Part shown: positions 20,882-24,131 of the stretch, one piece after another
Position numbering within the stretch: the stretch's first letter is position 1
Layout: the number at the start of each line of letters is the position of its first letter
Assembly (NCBI RefSeq): GCF_006345805.1
Contig: NW_021836523.1
Location: 1-24,131, forward strand
Direction of reading: 5' to 3'
Source of the DNA: Octopus sinensis
Lineage: Eukaryota
DNA: 24,131 nt
The notes under the pieces: generated by a model
The model's database searches: none
Seen by the model: only the letters and a program-made list of their open reading frames with translations
Told to the model about the DNA's origin: nothing
Translations under genes and position numbers: made by a program

Positions 20882-21430
20882 GAGTGAAAGAGCAGTGCAT
20901 GCCATCAAAGTGACACTGGGGTAAAATATACAAAGCCCAGTATAGCCATCATGACTACCCATCTGATAAGGGTACACCAGGCACATGCATCACAACCATA
21001 TGTGTGCGACATGGTGATCTCATATAAAGATAAACAGCACATGACCTTGCAGGTGGGGCCCAGTTAGAATTTTTTCTGGTCGAATAACTCACCCCGCTCA
21101 AAAGGTCCTTGAATAAAGGTTGTTTAAGGATGTTGAACGAAACACCCATGTTTCCAGAGGGGAACTATTCAAATCCCAAAGAATTCCTCTCAACATATGG
21201 CTATGATGCTCCCCCACTACTTCTGCTCGTGATCAGAGATGCACTTATCGTCAGCCACTAGGACATGCTCAACAGGTTAAGGTCAAACAACTGACAAGCA
21301 AATCTGTGGTATTGAGCAGAATATTTGCTGTAGCCCATCTTTTATACCAAGACAAAACAATGTACATGATAACACTTCCAATCAGTTAAGATCAGAAGCC
21401 ACGAGAGCCACTGTCTGGTACTGCATCAGG
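20809..21430 (-). mobile_element. Retroposon 3' region with (AAT)n tail, family unresolved
   Basis: ~550 bp of balanced-GC sequence ending, on the minus strand, in a long (AAT)n tail; resembles a common octopus repeat from memory; no coding remnant recognised. Confidence 0.5.
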
Positions 21431-21626
21431 CACGCCGGGCATAATGCCTAGTGGCATTTCATCCCTCTCTGCATTCTGAGTTCAAATTCCGCTGTGGTTG
21501 ACTTTGCCTTTCATCCTTTCGGGGTCGATGAAATAAGTACCAGTTTTGTACTGGGGTCAATGTATTCGACTAGTTCCCTTCCCCAAATTTCAGGCCCTGT
21601 ACCTATGGTACAGATTGTTATTATTA

Positions 21627-21660
<34 letters not shown>
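21431..21660 (+). mobile_element. 5'-truncated group B SINE with (TTA)n tail
   Basis: GTTCAAATTCCGC...GACTTTGCCTTTCATCCTTTCGGGGTCGATGAAATAAGTACCAG. Confidence 0.9.
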
Positions 21661-21661
<1 letters not shown>

Positions 21662-21668
21662 GTATGTA

Positions 21669-21882
21669 AAGGCAGCGAACTAGTAGAATCGTAAGCTCGC
21701 AGGACAAAACTCTTGCCGGTCTTTACATGCTGAGTTCAGATCCCGGCCGGGTCCGCCAGGCATTTTATGCTTTGGAGGTCGATGATATATATACCAGTTA
21801 AATACTAGGTTCGATGTATTCGATCATCCCTTCTCACAAAATCTCTGGCCTTTTTCCAATGATAGAAAGGATTATTATTATT
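21669..21882 (+). mobile_element. Diverged group B SINE
   Basis: Head AAGGCAGCGAACTAGTAGAATCG, GAGGTCGATG core and GATAGAAAGGATTATT tail. Confidence 0.75.
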
Positions 21883-22090
21883 ACATAAATTACGGAGTTG
21901 TAAGCCGAATACGCCACACTATTCAAGCAATCACTCATATTTTGACTATTAATTGTTCCTTTAGTTCTGATCATATTTTTGGTAGATTTGCCTTATCATT
22001 TAGAGAATTGGTGTGGTTTGATAACTATCATTTCGCCATCATAAAATACAAATTGCAAAAATAGCTTGCACTTTGTCGGATTATGAATGA

Positions 22091-22092
<2 letters not shown>

Positions 22093-22126
<34 letters not shown>

Positions 22127-22385
22127 TGTATGTATGTATGTATGTATGTATGTATGTATGTATGTATGTGTGTGTGTGTATGTATGTATGTATGTATGTA
22201 TGCATGCATGTATGAATTTACGTATGTATATATTTGGTCTATCTATATCTATATGTGTGTGCACGAGCGATTGTAAAAGTATGTGTTAATAATTATATAT
22301 GTATGAATGAATATACAAATGTATGTAGATATATCTATTTCTATATCTATATCTCGACGTATATGATACACACACACAGACACAG

Positions 22386-22439
<54 letters not shown>

Positions 22440-22454
22440 CACACCCACCCACAC

Positions 22455-22502
<48 letters not shown>

Positions 22503-22517
22503 AACACACACCCACAC

Positions 22518-22560
<43 letters not shown>
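22093..22560. repeat. (TATG)n, (CA)n and (TA)n microsatellite cluster
   Basis: Directly visible. Confidence 0.9.
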
Positions 22561-22561
<1 letters not shown>

Positions 22562-22668
22562 TTCTACTATAGCATCGGGCTGACCAAAACCTTGTGAGTG
22601 GATTTGGTAGACGAAACTGAAAGAGCCCGCCGTATATTTATATATGTATATAATCTATATATATATAT

Positions 22669-22711
<43 letters not shown>

Positions 22712-22920
22712 TGTGTCTGTGTTTGTCCCACACCATCGTTCGACATCCGATGTTGGCGTGTCTCCGACCCCATAACTTAGTGGTTCCGCAAAGTGAGACC
22801 AATAGAACAAGTACTAGCCTTACAAAGAATAAGTCCTGGCATCGATTTGTTCGACTAAAGGCAGTGCTCCATCATGACCGCAGTCAAATGACTGGAACAA
22901 ATAGAAGAATAAAAAAAAGA
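22561..22920 (+). mobile_element. Headless group A SINE
   Basis: Starts at CTTCTACTATAGC immediately after (TA)n; central domain, internal TA/TG tract and 3' tail present. Confidence 0.9.
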
Positions 22921-23639
22921 ATATATGTATATATATATATATATATATGTATATACATATATGTATATATATGTATATACATATACATGAGTATGTGTGT
23001 AGATGAGATATGTCATCCAACACAATCGTCCAGAGATATTACAATGGTGGTGTGTAATTATGGTGTTTCATTCTAACCTATTATTTATTGAAAAACGAAA
23101 GAATTTCCAAATGAGATTCTATCACCGTCAGAAATGTTTCAATCATTTATGGCCCTGCACTGCAATAATAATAAGAACAATAATGATAAGAGAAGTTGGT
23201 GACTTCTCTCTTTACTGACACCACAAACAAAATAAATTATAGTTCTGTGGATGTTGGCAGCGGGAATTAGAAGATTAAGAAAACCTCTTTTCATTTTTCT
23301 TTTCATTTTGATGTCATTCAGATATTATACCATTAGATTTTGTTCTTCTTTAAACATTACTAGTTTAGACTATTCATCACCATCCCCATGCCATTCGTAA
23401 AAAGGTATAAGGTGAAAGCAATAAAACAGGAGGGGGAAAAAAGATATGTAATAACAATAATCTATAGAATTGGTAGGCTATTTTGGCAGCACGGAATCAT
23501 TACGGTACTGAAACCTTAGGAAATGAGTCAGGAAAGAATTATCGCTAAGACATTGCATATCAAAATAATAACGTGGTATGGTAAGCGGAAGAGATAAAGG
23601 AAGCTAGACATAATTATATGTCAAGATAAGTGCAGAGAG

Positions 23640-23890
<251 letters not shown>

Positions 23891-23983
23891 TTCATACTCA
23901 TACACATATGAACAAGGTCAATGGACTGACTGATAGAGTGTGAGGCATCCGTATGTATGTATATTGTTAATATGGTGTTATAT

Positions 23984-24031
23984 GAATCGTTCTCACGTGA
24001 AACTCAGCCTAGGTCGACTTTGCCGTTCATC
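23984..24031 (+). mobile_element. Short group B SINE core fragment
   Basis: AGGTCGACTTTGCCGTTCATC. Confidence 0.45.
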
Positions 24032-24046
24032 TCTCATATATATATA

Positions 24047-24078
<32 letters not shown>

Positions 24079-24079
<1 letters not shown>

Positions 24080-24131
24080 CTCTTTACTCTTTTACTTGTT
24101 TCAGTCATTTGACTGCGGCCATGCTGGAGCA
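24079..24131 (-). mobile_element. 3' end of a group A SINE (continues beyond window)
   Basis: CTCTTTTACTTGTTTCAGTCATTTGACTGCGGCCATGCTGGAGCA matches the tail at 2331-2371. Confidence 0.9.

Noticed and set aside
21230-21254. CTGACGA on the minus strand as a possible hammerhead core
   Set aside because: No helix II followed by GAAA and helix III can be built downstream

Overview
AT-rich, microsatellite-dense eukaryotic DNA. The repeat families resemble those I recall from octopod cephalopods (Octopus sp.); this is an inference, not a database result. About 20 full or partial tRNA-derived SINE copies fall into three groups defined here: A, a long SINE with an internal (TA)/(TG) tract; B, with a GGTCGACTTTGCCTTTCATCC core; and C, a shared head with two alternative tails. 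The window also holds a 5'-truncated CR1-like LINE 3' end, a mariner-derived MITE, a non-autonomous Helitron and probable Penelope-like element (PLE) remnants. The most notable signal is two type I hammerhead ribozyme motifs with complete cores (4261-4361 and 8601-8672) plus a decayed third. The second straddles the spacer and right arm of a ~150-bp-arm inverted repeat. No host gene is confidently recognisable. There are low-confidence candidate exons on the minus strand (13.0-14.2 kb) and a candidate terminal exon on the plus strand (19.0-19.2 kb). Most supplied ORFs are microsatellite artefacts. No tRNA, rRNA or CRISPR was found.
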